In this document: positions 53,583 to 62,908 of the stretch, one piece after another
How positions within the stretch are numbered: the stretch's first letter is position 1
Layout: each line of letters opens with the position of its first letter
Source: Pseudomonadota bacterium
GTDB taxonomy: Bacteria > Pseudomonadota > Alphaproteobacteria > Rickettsiales > UBA8987
Direction: 5' to 3'
Length of the DNA: 64,000 bases
Assembly: GCA_048498735.1 (NCBI GenBank)
Contig: JBEHXK010000003.1
Span: 58,147 to 122,146 of the forward strand
The notes under the pieces: generated by a model
The model's input: only the letters and a program-made list of their open reading frames with translations
Databases searched by the model: none
What the model was told of the DNA's origin: nothing
Translations under genes and position numbers: made by a program

Positions 53583-54254
53583 CTATTTTTTGTCCGTTTT
53601 TTTGTCTTCTTGCCTTTTTGTCACAATTTCATCGATCAAACCGAACTTTTTAGCGGTTTCTGCATCCATAAAGTTGTCGCGTTCCATTGCCGCTTCAACT
53701 GCAGATAGCTTTTGGCCAGTATGTTTTACGTAAATTTCATTCAAACGCTTACGTAATTCCAATATCTCACGCGCATGGATCTCGATATCAGTAGCCTGAC
53801 CACTGAAACCACCAGAAGGCTGGTGAATCATTATACGTGAATGCGGTAGTGAGAACCTTTTGTTCTTTGCACCGGCTGCAAGCAATAATGAGCCCATAGA
53901 GCATGCTTGACCTATACAGATAGTTGCAACATCAGGTCTGATGAATTGCATAGTATCATACATAGCAAGGCCGGAAGTAACCACACCACCTGGCGAATTG
54001 ATATACATATATATATCTTTATCCGGATTTTCCGATTCCAAGAAGAGCAGCTGAGCCACACAAAGTGATGACATACCATCATGCACCTGGCCATTCACAA
54101 AAATGATACGCTCTCTAAGTAAACGAGAGAATATATCGAATGCGCGTTCACCACGACCATCCTGCTCAATAACCATTGGCACCAGGTCAGCACGCGCTGG
54201 AGAATTAAGAATATCTTCAACTAAATTATTGCGTCTTTTATCGATAGAAAACAT
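53583..54254 (-). CDS. clpP: ATP-dependent Clp protease proteolytic subunit
   Basis: [11 protein letters not shown] (Ser) and IMIHQPSGG (His) motifs. Confidence 0.95.
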   Translation of the reverse strand: MFSIDKRRNNLVEDILNSPARADLVPMVIEQDGRGERAFDIFSRLLRERIIFVNGQVHDGMSSLCVAQLLFLESENPDKDIYMYINSPGGVVTSGLAMYDTMQFIRPDVATICIGQACSMGSLLLAAGAKNKRFSLPHSRIMIHQPSGGFSGQATDIEIHAREILELRKRLNEIYVKHTGQKLSAVEAAMERDNFMDAETAKKFGLIDEIVTKRQEDKKTDKK

Positions 54255-54347
54255 TTACAAACCCTTTAAACTTTTTTGTACAACAAAGTATCATGCTGAT
54301 AATATCAACCTTAAATCCCTTTATTGCAAGTACTTGAAAGAAAGTTT

Positions 54348-55709
54348 TTAGTCTTTGTTGTTTTCAAGCACTAGCGCGCGAAGCTCTTCAAGGGATTTTT
54401 TATCCTCTTTCTTCTTCACTTTGGTCAGGATGAAATCCACAACTTTTTCCTCGATGATAGGACCGCTCAATGAATTGAACGCCTGAGGGTTTTTCTGGTA
54501 GAATTCTATGATCCTTTGCTCTTGGCCAGGGAAGCGGTAAGCTTCATTCATCAATGCGCGGTTAAGCTCATCTTTAGTCACCTGGATTTTTTCCTGCTGA
54601 GCTATCTCAGTTACAAGAATTCCTAGAAGCACACGACGTTTTGCCAGAGGTTCATATTCCTTCTTCAACTCATCATCAGCCTTTTTAGGTTTATCATGAT
54701 CAGGGTGATGGCCATTTTCATCATGAACATGGTCATGAGAATTTTCAGAATGTCTTACCTGATAAATAATAGAATCAAGTTCTGATTTCACCATTTGTTC
54801 TGGCAATTCGAACTTTAATTCTTTTTCAAGTTTATCGAACAGTTCTTTTTTAATAAGCACACGGCCCATTTGCTCGGCATCCTGCTCAAGAGATTTTTTC
54901 AAAGTTTCTTTTAGTGAAGCAAGATCTTTCTGGCCAATATTTTTTGCGAATTCATCATTGATCTCTGTTGCTTTAGGCTCAAGAACCTGATGAACTTTCA
55001 CCTTGAATTCTGAAGCTTTGCCGGCAAGGTCTTTCGAGTGATATTCTTTCGGGAAAGAAACTTTTACAGTTTTTTCATCGCCTTTTTTTGCGCCGATCAA
55101 TTGGTCTTCAAAACCAGGAATGAATGTATTGCTGCCAAGCTCAAGGCGATAATTCTCACCTTTGCCACCTGGGAATGCAACGCCATCAACAAAACCTTCG
55201 AAATCGATCTCAACCGCATCGCCTTTCTTAGAAGCACGTTCAGCCGGGCCAAAATCTTTATAATTTGAAGAAACTTCTTCGATAAGCTTATTGATATCAG
55301 CATCAGTGATATCAGCTTTTGGCTCATTGATAGTGATTTTGTCAAATTTAACTTCAGGCACTTCCGGTAATATTTCAAGGCTCATTTTATAAACCAGATC
55401 CTTGCCATCATCATATGAAGTTATTTCAACTTTAGGCTGGGTAGCAGGTTTCAGCTTGTTATTATTTATTGTTTCCTGTGAAGTTGTATTTACCACTTCA
55501 TTAATAACTTCCCCAAGAACATCATCTTTATATTTCTTGCGCACAACTTCCAATGGCACTTTGCCTTTACGGAAGCCGGGAATATTAACTTTTTTGCTTA
55601 GGGTGACGATCTTAGAATCGATCTTTTTCTGAATGTCATTTGCAGGGATAGTAACCGTATATTCCCTTTTAAGTTTGTCTTCTAACAGTTTCTCAACTTT
55701 CATTGCCAT
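54348..55709 (-). CDS. tig: Trigger factor
   Basis: N-terminal GFRKGKVP ribosome-binding motif and a central FKBP-like domain. The start is taken at the internal MAMKVEKL. There is a His/Asp-rich insert in the C-terminal domain. Confidence 0.9.
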   Translation of the reverse strand: MAMKVEKLLEDKLKREYTVTIPANDIQKKIDSKIVTLSKKVNIPGFRKGKVPLEVVRKKYKDDVLGEVINEVVNTTSQETINNNKLKPATQPKVEITSYDDGKDLVYKMSLEILPEVPEVKFDKITINEPKADITDADINKLIEEVSSNYKDFGPAERASKKGDAVEIDFEGFVDGVAFPGGKGENYRLELGSNTFIPGFEDQLIGAKKGDEKTVKVSFPKEYHSKDLAGKASEFKVKVHQVLEPKATEINDEFAKNIGQKDLASLKETLKKSLEQDAEQMGRVLIKKELFDKLEKELKFELPEQMVKSELDSIIYQVRHSENSHDHVHDENGHHPDHDKPKKADDELKKEYEPLAKRRVLLGILVTEIAQQEKIQVTKDELNRALMNEAYRFPGQEQRIIEFYQKNPQAFNSLSGPIIEEKVVDFILTKVKKKEDKKSLEELRALVLENNKD

Positions 55710-55838
55710 TTTCCTTAAAAATTGGCAGGTCCTTAAAGGCCTGCTTTCTATGATAATAACTGGTTGTAATAACATACAGCCTGTTTTTATCAAGCTAAAA
55801 TATCAGGCTAAAACTGTATGATTATGGCTAATTTCGTG

Positions 55839-55923
55839 TGGTGCGGGTAGAGGGACTTGAACCCCCATGCCGTGAGGCGCTAGATCCTAAGTCTAGTGTG
55901 TCTGCCAATTCCACCATACCCGC
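55839..55923 (-). tRNA. tRNA-Leu (anticodon TAG)
   Basis: The reverse complement GCGGGTA...CTAGA-CTTAGGA-TCTAG...GGGGGTTCAAGTCCCTCTACCCGCACCA has a long variable arm and an encoded CCA. Confidence 0.93.
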
Positions 55924-55997
55924 TAAACGATAGGAAAGTGCAAAATACGTATTTCTGCTATATATACAAGGAAAAAATAACAGTAATTTCTTTTATC

Positions 55998-56828
55998 CTA
56001 TTTCTTGCCACGACTCAGGAAATTCAACACCTTACTGACAAAATCATCATTTATGCCAAGCACACCTTTAACTTTATTATATAAAGAGAGTATCTTTTTA
56101 TCCAATTTTATCAGCAATGCCTTGGTGGCAGAATCTTCCGGGCGGGCCTGATAATTGGTCGCGATTTTCTCAGCCGGTTTCTCCTCTTCGGTGAAATAAT
56201 AAAGTGCGATTGATTTTCTTGTTCTGCCATCCGGGCATGTTAAAGGATGTGGGTGACCATGATATGACTTTTTATCGGTATTAAATATAACTGCACGGTT
56301 AAATATCGGCAGCACATCTTCAAAACAACCCGACATATCCTTGCGCCAAAGTTCTAATTTTCCACCGTAAGCATCTTCCCAGTCTTTATTTAAATAAAGC
56401 AGAACATTTACCCTTCTGCGCCAGAATTTATTGTGCGGGTGCGCAGTGAAATCAGCGTGGATATTTAAAAACCCACCCTTCTCTATCTGGTGTATTCCGC
56501 CGCCTTCAAGATTCGGATCCGGTTTCAGGTTTTTTATGCCGGTAAGTTTTTCCAGCCAATTTATAAATTTCTGGCTGTTAAGCTCATCTATTATCGCAAG
56601 CAGTTCAGCAGGGATCATTTCGCGCTTATTCAAGCCGCCCTTTTTTTCATTCACATGCTTATAATGAATCCAGCCTTCATCAGATATTTTCGGGAAAACC
56701 GCCAGCGCATTCTCAAGTGCTTTTTCGTCATAGAAATTTTCTATTACTATGTGAGGGAATTCCTCCGCGCCGATATAAACATCATGGTTATCTTCGTATA
56801 TCTTTTCCAGTTTTCCGTAATCAAGCAT
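55998..56828 (-). CDS. 2OG-Fe(II) oxygenase family protein (prolyl 4-hydroxylase-like)
   Basis: 276 aa with H-x-D in GFLNIHADF, a distal His in SYHGHPHP, and GGKLELW typical of PF13640-type proteins. Confidence 0.72.
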   Translation of the reverse strand: MLDYGKLEKIYEDNHDVYIGAEEFPHIVIENFYDEKALENALAVFPKISDEGWIHYKHVNEKKGGLNKREMIPAELLAIIDELNSQKFINWLEKLTGIKNLKPDPNLEGGGIHQIEKGGFLNIHADFTAHPHNKFWRRRVNVLLYLNKDWEDAYGGKLELWRKDMSGCFEDVLPIFNRAVIFNTDKKSYHGHPHPLTCPDGRTRKSIALYYFTEEEKPAEKIATNYQARPEDSATKALLIKLDKKILSLYNKVKGVLGINDDFVSKVLNFLSRGKK

Positions 56829-56904
56829 AGGCTATCTCCCTTATAAAAAGGTTATAACACTATAATATTACACTTCCATTACAGAAAGATATAAACTTAA
56901 GAAC

Positions 56905-57990
56905 TTAGTTTGCTTTTGGCAGGGTCGCTATGATATTGCGCCACAGTTCCAGCTCTGGGATACCAGGCTTGCGCTTACCGAAGAAAGTAACGATAAGTTC
57001 ATTATCCTTATCGAAAAGCTCAAGCGATGTAACAATGCCGTCTTCAGTTGGTTTTTTCACCACCCATGAAGTTGCTATCTCAACATCTTTCAGGTGCAGG
57101 TTGAATTTCGGGTCAAGCACGTTATACCACCCCTCATATTCCACCAGTTTCTGCACTGGGCCGGTATGGATCTGGATACAGCCTTTATTGCCAACGAAAA
57201 CCATTATCTCACAGTTTTTATCGCGTGCAGCTTCAAGAATTTTTCTCGCAGCGTTATTATCCACTTTATATGAATATTGGTCAGTAGTTAAACGGTAAGC
57301 CTGAACGCGGCCGATTCTATGCTTTCTTAGCAGCATATAAAAATCATGCGTATCCTTCAGGTTCGCAAGTTCCGCTTCAAATGCTGCAGCATTCACCTGC
57401 TCATCCGGTGCATCTTTCATTTTTGGTGCGGCAGGCTCAACTTTCAGTTCAGCAGCTTGATCAGCAGCTTTAAATTGCGCCACCAGTTTGTCATACTCAC
57501 CTTCGTTTGATTCAGGCAGTAAATATATTTTATGGATTGCAGTGCCATCCTTGCCATAGAATTGCAGGGATTTTTTCGGGCCGGCTTTTGTTTCTTCAGT
57601 CACGGCGAAAACATGCGCCCAATGGCCCATGAATAAACGTAAGTCAATATCCGGGTTAACTGCCAAGCCCATTCTCATTGGGCCTTCTGTCATAAAGCTG
57701 ACATTATCATATACACCTTCACGCTCATGCACGCAAAGCTCATTCCGCGTAAGCGCCATAACAGTGCCGAATTTTTTAACTTCCAGCAGGATATCTTCCG
57801 GTTTATTTTCTAGGCGGAATATCGTTTTGCCATCAATGCGCGCAGCAACAAGCTCAGCTTCCGAAACTCCAAGTTCAGCGGCAGCATCTTTTGGCCTGAT
57901 TGTTGGTTTCTGCTGTTTCAGCGCTGTGAAACGGCCAAGTAGTGAATTTGTATTTGTATCTTTTAGTGCAGTAGAAGTGCTCATTTTCAT
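56905..57990 (-). CDS. hmuS: Hemin-degrading/transport protein, ChuS/HemS/HmuS family
   Basis: 361 aa with the two-repeat architecture and N-terminal pattern (FTALKQQKPTIRPKDAAAELGVSEAELVAAR) typical of HemS/ChuS. Confidence 0.85.
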   Translation of the reverse strand: MKMSTSTALKDTNTNSLLGRFTALKQQKPTIRPKDAAAELGVSEAELVAARIDGKTIFRLENKPEDILLEVKKFGTVMALTRNELCVHEREGVYDNVSFMTEGPMRMGLAVNPDIDLRLFMGHWAHVFAVTEETKAGPKKSLQFYGKDGTAIHKIYLLPESNEGEYDKLVAQFKAADQAAELKVEPAAPKMKDAPDEQVNAAAFEAELANLKDTHDFYMLLRKHRIGRVQAYRLTTDQYSYKVDNNAARKILEAARDKNCEIMVFVGNKGCIQIHTGPVQKLVEYEGWYNVLDPKFNLHLKDVEIATSWVVKKPTEDGIVTSLELFDKDNELIVTFFGKRKPGIPELELWRNIIATLPKAN

Positions 57991-58099
57991 ATCCTTAAAA
58001 TAATATCGCCGGCCATGATAGACCGGCGACAGAATTAATCAAGAGATTAACTAGTAATAAACCGAAATATTAAACGGCCAATTTTTGTCCAAGGAGCAA

Positions 58100-58145
58100 G
58101 AAAAAACCTAGTCAGATAGTTATTCATATCTGCGCAGGTTTTTTC
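58100..58145 (-). terminator. Imperfect hairpin plus T-run after the heme receptor gene
   Basis: The minus strand reads CCTGCGCAGATAT-gaataa-CTATCTGACTAGG followed by TTTTTTC. A second hairpin (tcgccgg/ccggcga) lies at 58006..58029. Confidence 0.45.
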
Positions 58146-58164
58146 GCAGCTAATTGGCAAAAAT

Positions 58165-60402
58165 TTACCATTTGTAAGTAACACGCGCTTTATAGTTCCT
58201 TTCTAGGTCATAGATCTCAGAACCAGGCTCACGATATTGCTTATCGAAGATATTATCAACAGCCAGGTCAAGAGAAAGGCTCTTCAACTGGTGAGGAGTA
58301 TAGCTCCAGTAAACACCGTGGGTAGCAAAGCCGCCACGACGATAATCAATCGGTGCAGATGGGTTAGAGTTGTCAGTATATGCCCTGTCCATACCATCAA
58401 CATATTTACCTTCATAACCGATGATAGAATCAATATCAGTAAACTTATAACCCAGGTTAGTAGTAACTATTAAAGGCTCTTGAGTTGTAAGGTAAGCACC
58501 TGTTCTTGCATTTTCAGCAGATACGAAAGCCAAGTTCGCTTTTGCTTCGATTAGAGAGTTATCATATGCAGTTTGCAAATCATAACCCCAGATGTTAGCC
58601 GAAGAAACATTGGTAAAGCTTGTTGTACCACCGTTACACGACGGATCGGTGAAAGGGAAAGTACATGCACCTACACCAAAGTTAGGACCAGTTACGTTTT
58701 GGTCGATATAATCACTTGCACGAGTTATATAACGAGAAGCTTTAACCCTGAATTCGTCTTTTTCTTCGAACAGGTCTTTAAAGTTCGTACCACCACCAAA
58801 CTCGAACGTACGTGAAGTCTCAGGTTTCAAGTATGGGTTTGGAGCAAAGGTGTTGAACGTACCAAAACCAGATGGGAAGTGTATGCCAGAAGCATAAAGT
58901 TCAGTCAGGTTAGGCGCACGGAAAGCTTCAGCATAGTTACCAAAGATACTGTAGTTATCATGTATCTTTAAAGTAGTGCCAAGTTTCGGCGATATACGGT
59001 GTTCAGTATCAGAAGGCGAAGTGCCATCTTGCGGATCATTATTGTAGTAATCCAAACGCGCACCAGGAGTTACTAATAATTTGTAATTATCTGCAAGGTC
59101 GAAGCGCACTTCATCCTGTAAGTATAGGCCTGCGATATCAGCAGTAGCATCAGGCACGCCACCACGCGCACCAGTCGTACCACCAGTGCCTGTTGTGCTG
59201 TCGTCACCATCTTGCGTGTTATGGAAATATTCAAAACCATAAGCAAAAGTGTTGTTATCATCAGCACCAATGCTTACGATAGATTTATTATCAGCATTGA
59301 AGCCGATAGTTTGCATTTTGCGTGAAAGTTTTTCACCATTTGTTGTCAAACCAGAAACCGGTTGAAGAACCTGTTCGATTATATCAGTTTCAGCATAATA
59401 AAGCTGAGTTGAGAAATCGACCAGCTTGCTTGGATTGAAATTATATTTCACACCGGCTTGGTGAGAGAATATGTCCTTATTATCAAGCGTACGCTGAGCT
59501 GAATCAACTGTGCCTGGGTTAGCATATTCTTTTGCATTGTCATAGAATGAGCTTACATCGAATTTCAATTGTGAATCAGAATCGATATCATAAGTCAATT
59601 TCGCGATGCCTGAAGTCAGTGCATCTTGAGTTTGTTGCTTAGTTCCGTTGTTCAGTTGATCGTCATTTGAATTGCGGTGAATGATGCTCGCGATTGCATC
59701 ATATTTATCAATCAACTGGTAACCGGTAACAGATTCAGAAAGTTCGCGGTTAGCAGATTCAACACCTACAGATGTTACAACACCAGAATTTTTGCCTGGC
59801 TCAACGAAATCTTTCGCATCTTTAGTTTCGAAAGCGATAACACCACCGATAGCGCCCGAACCATAAGAAGCAGATGAAGGGCCTTCAACAACTTCAACTT
59901 TCTTTATCAGGGAAGGATCGATAAAAATTTTTGAGCTATGCTGAGCTTCGAAATTCTGCCTGCGACCATCAAGAGTCACAAGAATTGAATCCGCATCAAA
60001 ACCACGCATAGTTGGTGATTGCGCTGAGCGAACCGGGCCACCGCCATATACAACCGCTGCCGTATCTTTAAAAAGATCAGCCAGGTTTGTAGAAGTCGCT
60101 TTTGAAGGTGCGTTAGCATCGATAACATTCACCATTTGTGGAACATCTTGCACATCACGTTCTGAACGTGTCGCAACAACCGTTACCGTATCAAGCCTTT
60201 TTGTGTCATCAGTTTTTGCAACTTCTTTTGTGTTTGCAGTTGCCTGTGCAGGCTTCACTACTTTTTTAGCTGCAGGTGCCTTCGCAGTTTTAACTGCTTT
60301 AGCTTTTGGCGCTGCCGCCGGTGCAGTTGTCTGGTCAGCTGCGAATGCACTGATCGACATACTGATAGAAAACACAGTAGTCAGTAACGTAAGTTTTTTC
60401 AT
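58165..60402 (-). CDS. TonB-dependent heme/hemoglobin receptor
   Basis: Signal peptide from the internal ATG (SD GAGGGAAG) and TonB box DTVTVVATR. FRAP and NPYL (NPNL-like) boxes with an intervening His (EAFRAPNLTELYASGIHFPSG...APNPYL) are characteristic of heme receptors. The C-terminus is YKW. Confidence 0.88.
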   Translation of the reverse strand: MKKLTLLTTVFSISMSISAFAADQTTAPAAAPKAKAVKTAKAPAAKKVVKPAQATANTKEVAKTDDTKRLDTVTVVATRSERDVQDVPQMVNVIDANAPSKATSTNLADLFKDTAAVVYGGGPVRSAQSPTMRGFDADSILVTLDGRRQNFEAQHSSKIFIDPSLIKKVEVVEGPSSASYGSGAIGGVIAFETKDAKDFVEPGKNSGVVTSVGVESANRELSESVTGYQLIDKYDAIASIIHRNSNDDQLNNGTKQQTQDALTSGIAKLTYDIDSDSQLKFDVSSFYDNAKEYANPGTVDSAQRTLDNKDIFSHQAGVKYNFNPSKLVDFSTQLYYAETDIIEQVLQPVSGLTTNGEKLSRKMQTIGFNADNKSIVSIGADDNNTFAYGFEYFHNTQDGDDSTTGTGGTTGARGGVPDATADIAGLYLQDEVRFDLADNYKLLVTPGARLDYYNNDPQDGTSPSDTEHRISPKLGTTLKIHDNYSIFGNYAEAFRAPNLTELYASGIHFPSGFGTFNTFAPNPYLKPETSRTFEFGGGTNFKDLFEEKDEFRVKASRYITRASDYIDQNVTGPNFGVGACTFPFTDPSCNGGTTSFTNVSSANIWGYDLQTAYDNSLIEAKANLAFVSAENARTGAYLTTQEPLIVTTNLGYKFTDIDSIIGYEGKYVDGMDRAYTDNSNPSAPIDYRRGGFATHGVYWSYTPHQLKSLSLDLAVDNIFDKQYREPGSEIYDLERNYKARVTYKW

Positions 60403-60465
60403 TTTTTCTTCCCTCGTTTTAAAGTTTGGGGAAGTCATATAAAGAAAGCATAAATGTGTCAACAC

Positions 60466-60484
60466 GAAAATGATAATCATTATC
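60466..60484 (-). promoter_or_regulatory. Fur box upstream of the heme receptor
   Basis: GAAAATGATAATCATTATC matches the 19-bp consensus GATAATGATAATCATTATC at 18/19 positions. It lies 64-82 nt upstream of the start codon, next to a TTGACA hexamer on the minus strand. Confidence 0.78.
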
Positions 60485-60527
60485 ATTAATCCTGCAACAC
60501 ATTGAAACAAATGGATATAAATATTTA

Positions 60528-61181
60528 TTATTTCAGTTTTTGATTAAAGTTCTCAACTGCTTTTTGCACTCCTGCAGCGTAATCCCACACACCTGTCACC
60601 ACTGCAATAAAGTCGGCACCGGCTTTTATCAGCGGTTCACAATTATCAACTTTTATTCCGCCGATCGCCACGCATGGAATTTCAGTGAACGTGCTCCAGA
60701 AAGTTAATATATCAGCTTCTGGCCTGCCCTTAGGCGTTTTTGTCTGTGTATCATAGAACGCACCAAACGCCACATAATCAGCACCATTTTCTGCCGCTTC
60801 AAATGCCTTATCTTTGCTGCCATAACAACTTGCGCCGATAATAAAATTCTTGCCCGCTGCTTTACGCGCTTCTTTTACGCTAATGTCATCTTCACCCAAA
60901 TGCACACCATCACAGCCCAGTTCTTTCGCCAATTTCAAATTATCATTTAAAATGAACGCGCAATTATTTTCCCGACATATCGGCAATAAAACTTTCACCG
61001 CCTCGCGTATATTATCTTCATTCTCCGGCGCTATATAATGCCCAGATTTTTCATCTAATGATTTCATCCGTAGTTGAAAAACCGGCACTTCACCGCCTTT
61101 AAAGGCCTTCTTCAACTCTGACGCAAAATCATTCAGTTCAAACCTCGGCGGCGAAATCAGATATAATTTACAATCACTCAT
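60528..61181 (-). CDS. thiE: Thiamine-phosphate synthase
   Basis: 217 aa TIM-barrel ThiE pattern (LYLISP..., VFQLRMK, GVHLG, IGASC, DYVAFG, VAIGGI). Confidence 0.9.
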   Translation of the reverse strand: MSDCKLYLISPPRFELNDFASELKKAFKGGEVPVFQLRMKSLDEKSGHYIAPENEDNIREAVKVLLPICRENNCAFILNDNLKLAKELGCDGVHLGEDDISVKEARKAAGKNFIIGASCYGSKDKAFEAAENGADYVAFGAFYDTQTKTPKGRPEADILTFWSTFTEIPCVAIGGIKVDNCEPLIKAGADFIAVVTGVWDYAAGVQKAVENFNQKLK

Positions 61182-61182
61182 A

Positions 61183-61869
61183 CTATTTATATTTCACCTT
61201 ATCTTTCATTTTATTTTCTCTGAAACCTTTCAGGCGCAGATTACAGGAATCGCATTTGCCGCAGGCAACACCCTTCACCGGGTCGTAGCAACTGGTGGTC
61301 TGCGCATAATCAACGCCAAGGCTCAAACCTTTTTTTATTATCTGTGCCTTGGAAAGTTTTATCAGAGGCGAATGAATTTTGAATTTATCACCCTCAACAC
61401 CGGCTTTGGTTGCAAGGGTCGCAAGTTTTTCAAATGCCTTGATATATTCCGGCCTGCAATCAGGGTAACCGCTATAATCAAGTGCGTTCACACCAATGAA
61501 AATATCTTTTGCCCCCTTAACTTCGGCATAAGCAAGTGCATATGAAAGGAAAATGGTATTGCGCGCCGGCACATATGTCACCGGAATATCTTTTGCCATC
61601 TGCTTTTCATTACGCCCCTTCGGCACAGCGATATCATCAGTTAATGCTGAACCACCAAATGCACGCAGGTCGATATTCACTATTTTATGTTCTTTAACTT
61701 TCTGCAGTTTTGTCTGCTTCTTAGCAAAATCGAGTTCATGCTCATGGCGCTGGCCATACATGAATGAAAGCGCATAGACCTCAAAACCTTTATCCTTGGC
61801 AATTGCCACCACCGTGCTGGAATCAAGCCCACCACTTAACAGAACTATCGCTTTTTTCTTTTTACTCAC
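61183..61869 (-). CDS. queC: 7-cyano-7-deazaguanine synthase
   Basis: PP-loop LLSGGLDSS and the C-terminal Cys cluster [16 protein letters not shown]. Confidence 0.93.
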   Translation of the reverse strand: MSKKKKAIVLLSGGLDSSTVVAIAKDKGFEVYALSFMYGQRHEHELDFAKKQTKLQKVKEHKIVNIDLRAFGGSALTDDIAVPKGRNEKQMAKDIPVTYVPARNTIFLSYALAYAEVKGAKDIFIGVNALDYSGYPDCRPEYIKAFEKLATLATKAGVEGDKFKIHSPLIKLSKAQIIKKGLSLGVDYAQTTSCYDPVKGVACGKCDSCNLRLKGFRENKMKDKVKYK

Positions 61870-62894
61870 GCAATCACCCTTCTGATATAAACTGCCGTTG
61901 CCAATATCAGCACCGCCATTATCTGGTGTGCGGATGCCAGCGGGATCGGCACCACAAATAATAATGTCGAGATACCCAATATTATCTGTATAGCAACCAA
62001 TGCAACTAATATATGGCTCGCTTTTTTTAGCCTTTTATCCGTTACACCATCATCATATTTTATCCTGCCACCAAGCAGGCTGAAGAAAAAATAAAGTGCA
62101 AAGAACATCACCATGAAAGCCCACCAGCGATGGAAGAACTGTATGAATTCTATATTATATAAACTGAATTTTATTCCTGCTGGCACAAATTTAAAATCCA
62201 TCAGCGGCCAGGTGTTATATGTCCATCCGGCATGTAAGCCCGCCATGAATGCACCGAATATGATCTGAATAAAAACGAATATAAGAATATGGTTCGCGAT
62301 CACCCTCGCCTTTTTATTTCGCGGTTTTTTCCCCTGCAGGTCCAGTAGATAAAAACCCAATCCCTGCCACAACATTATAGAAAATATTATAAGGGCCAGG
62401 CTTAAATGCGTTGCCAGGCGGAAATGTGAAACCGCCGGGTTATTAACAAGGCCGCTGCTCACCATCCACCAGCCGATAAAACCCTGCAACCCACCCAATG
62501 CAAAAATTCCTAGTAGCTGCGCACCTTTCCTTTTCGTGAATCTTTTTCTTGCCGCAAAATAAATGAACGGGATCAGGAAAATAACTCCCACCAATCTTCC
62601 AACCAGGCGATGAACAAACTCCCACCAGAATATCTTTTTGAATTCCGGCAATTCCATGCCTGCATTCTTCTTTATATATTCTGGCGTTTGCTTATAGGCA
62701 TCAAATTCATCATTCCATTCCTGTGCATTCATTGGCGGAACTGCGCCATGAACTGGCTGCCATTTAACAATTGAAAGGCCAGATTCGGTAAGTCTTGTCA
62801 GCCCGCCGATAGCAACCATCAGGAACACTGTGAAGGCGCAGGCAAATAGCCACATGCCAATATTTTTATTCTGCCTTACTTTTTCCGGGTGCAT
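61866..62894 (-). CDS. ctaA: Heme A synthase (COX15/CtaA)
   Basis: 342 aa, 8-TM, with [12 protein letters not shown] and conserved His in HR...H contexts. 4-nt overlap with queC. Confidence 0.88.
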   Translation of the reverse strand: MHPEKVRQNKNIGMWLFACAFTVFLMVAIGGLTRLTESGLSIVKWQPVHGAVPPMNAQEWNDEFDAYKQTPEYIKKNAGMELPEFKKIFWWEFVHRLVGRLVGVIFLIPFIYFAARKRFTKRKGAQLLGIFALGGLQGFIGWWMVSSGLVNNPAVSHFRLATHLSLALIIFSIMLWQGLGFYLLDLQGKKPRNKKARVIANHILIFVFIQIIFGAFMAGLHAGWTYNTWPLMDFKFVPAGIKFSLYNIEFIQFFHRWWAFMVMFFALYFFFSLLGGRIKYDDGVTDKRLKKASHILVALVAIQIILGISTLLFVVPIPLASAHQIMAVLILATAVYIRRVIA

Positions 62895-62908
62895 TTTTAT
62901 ATTTATCT

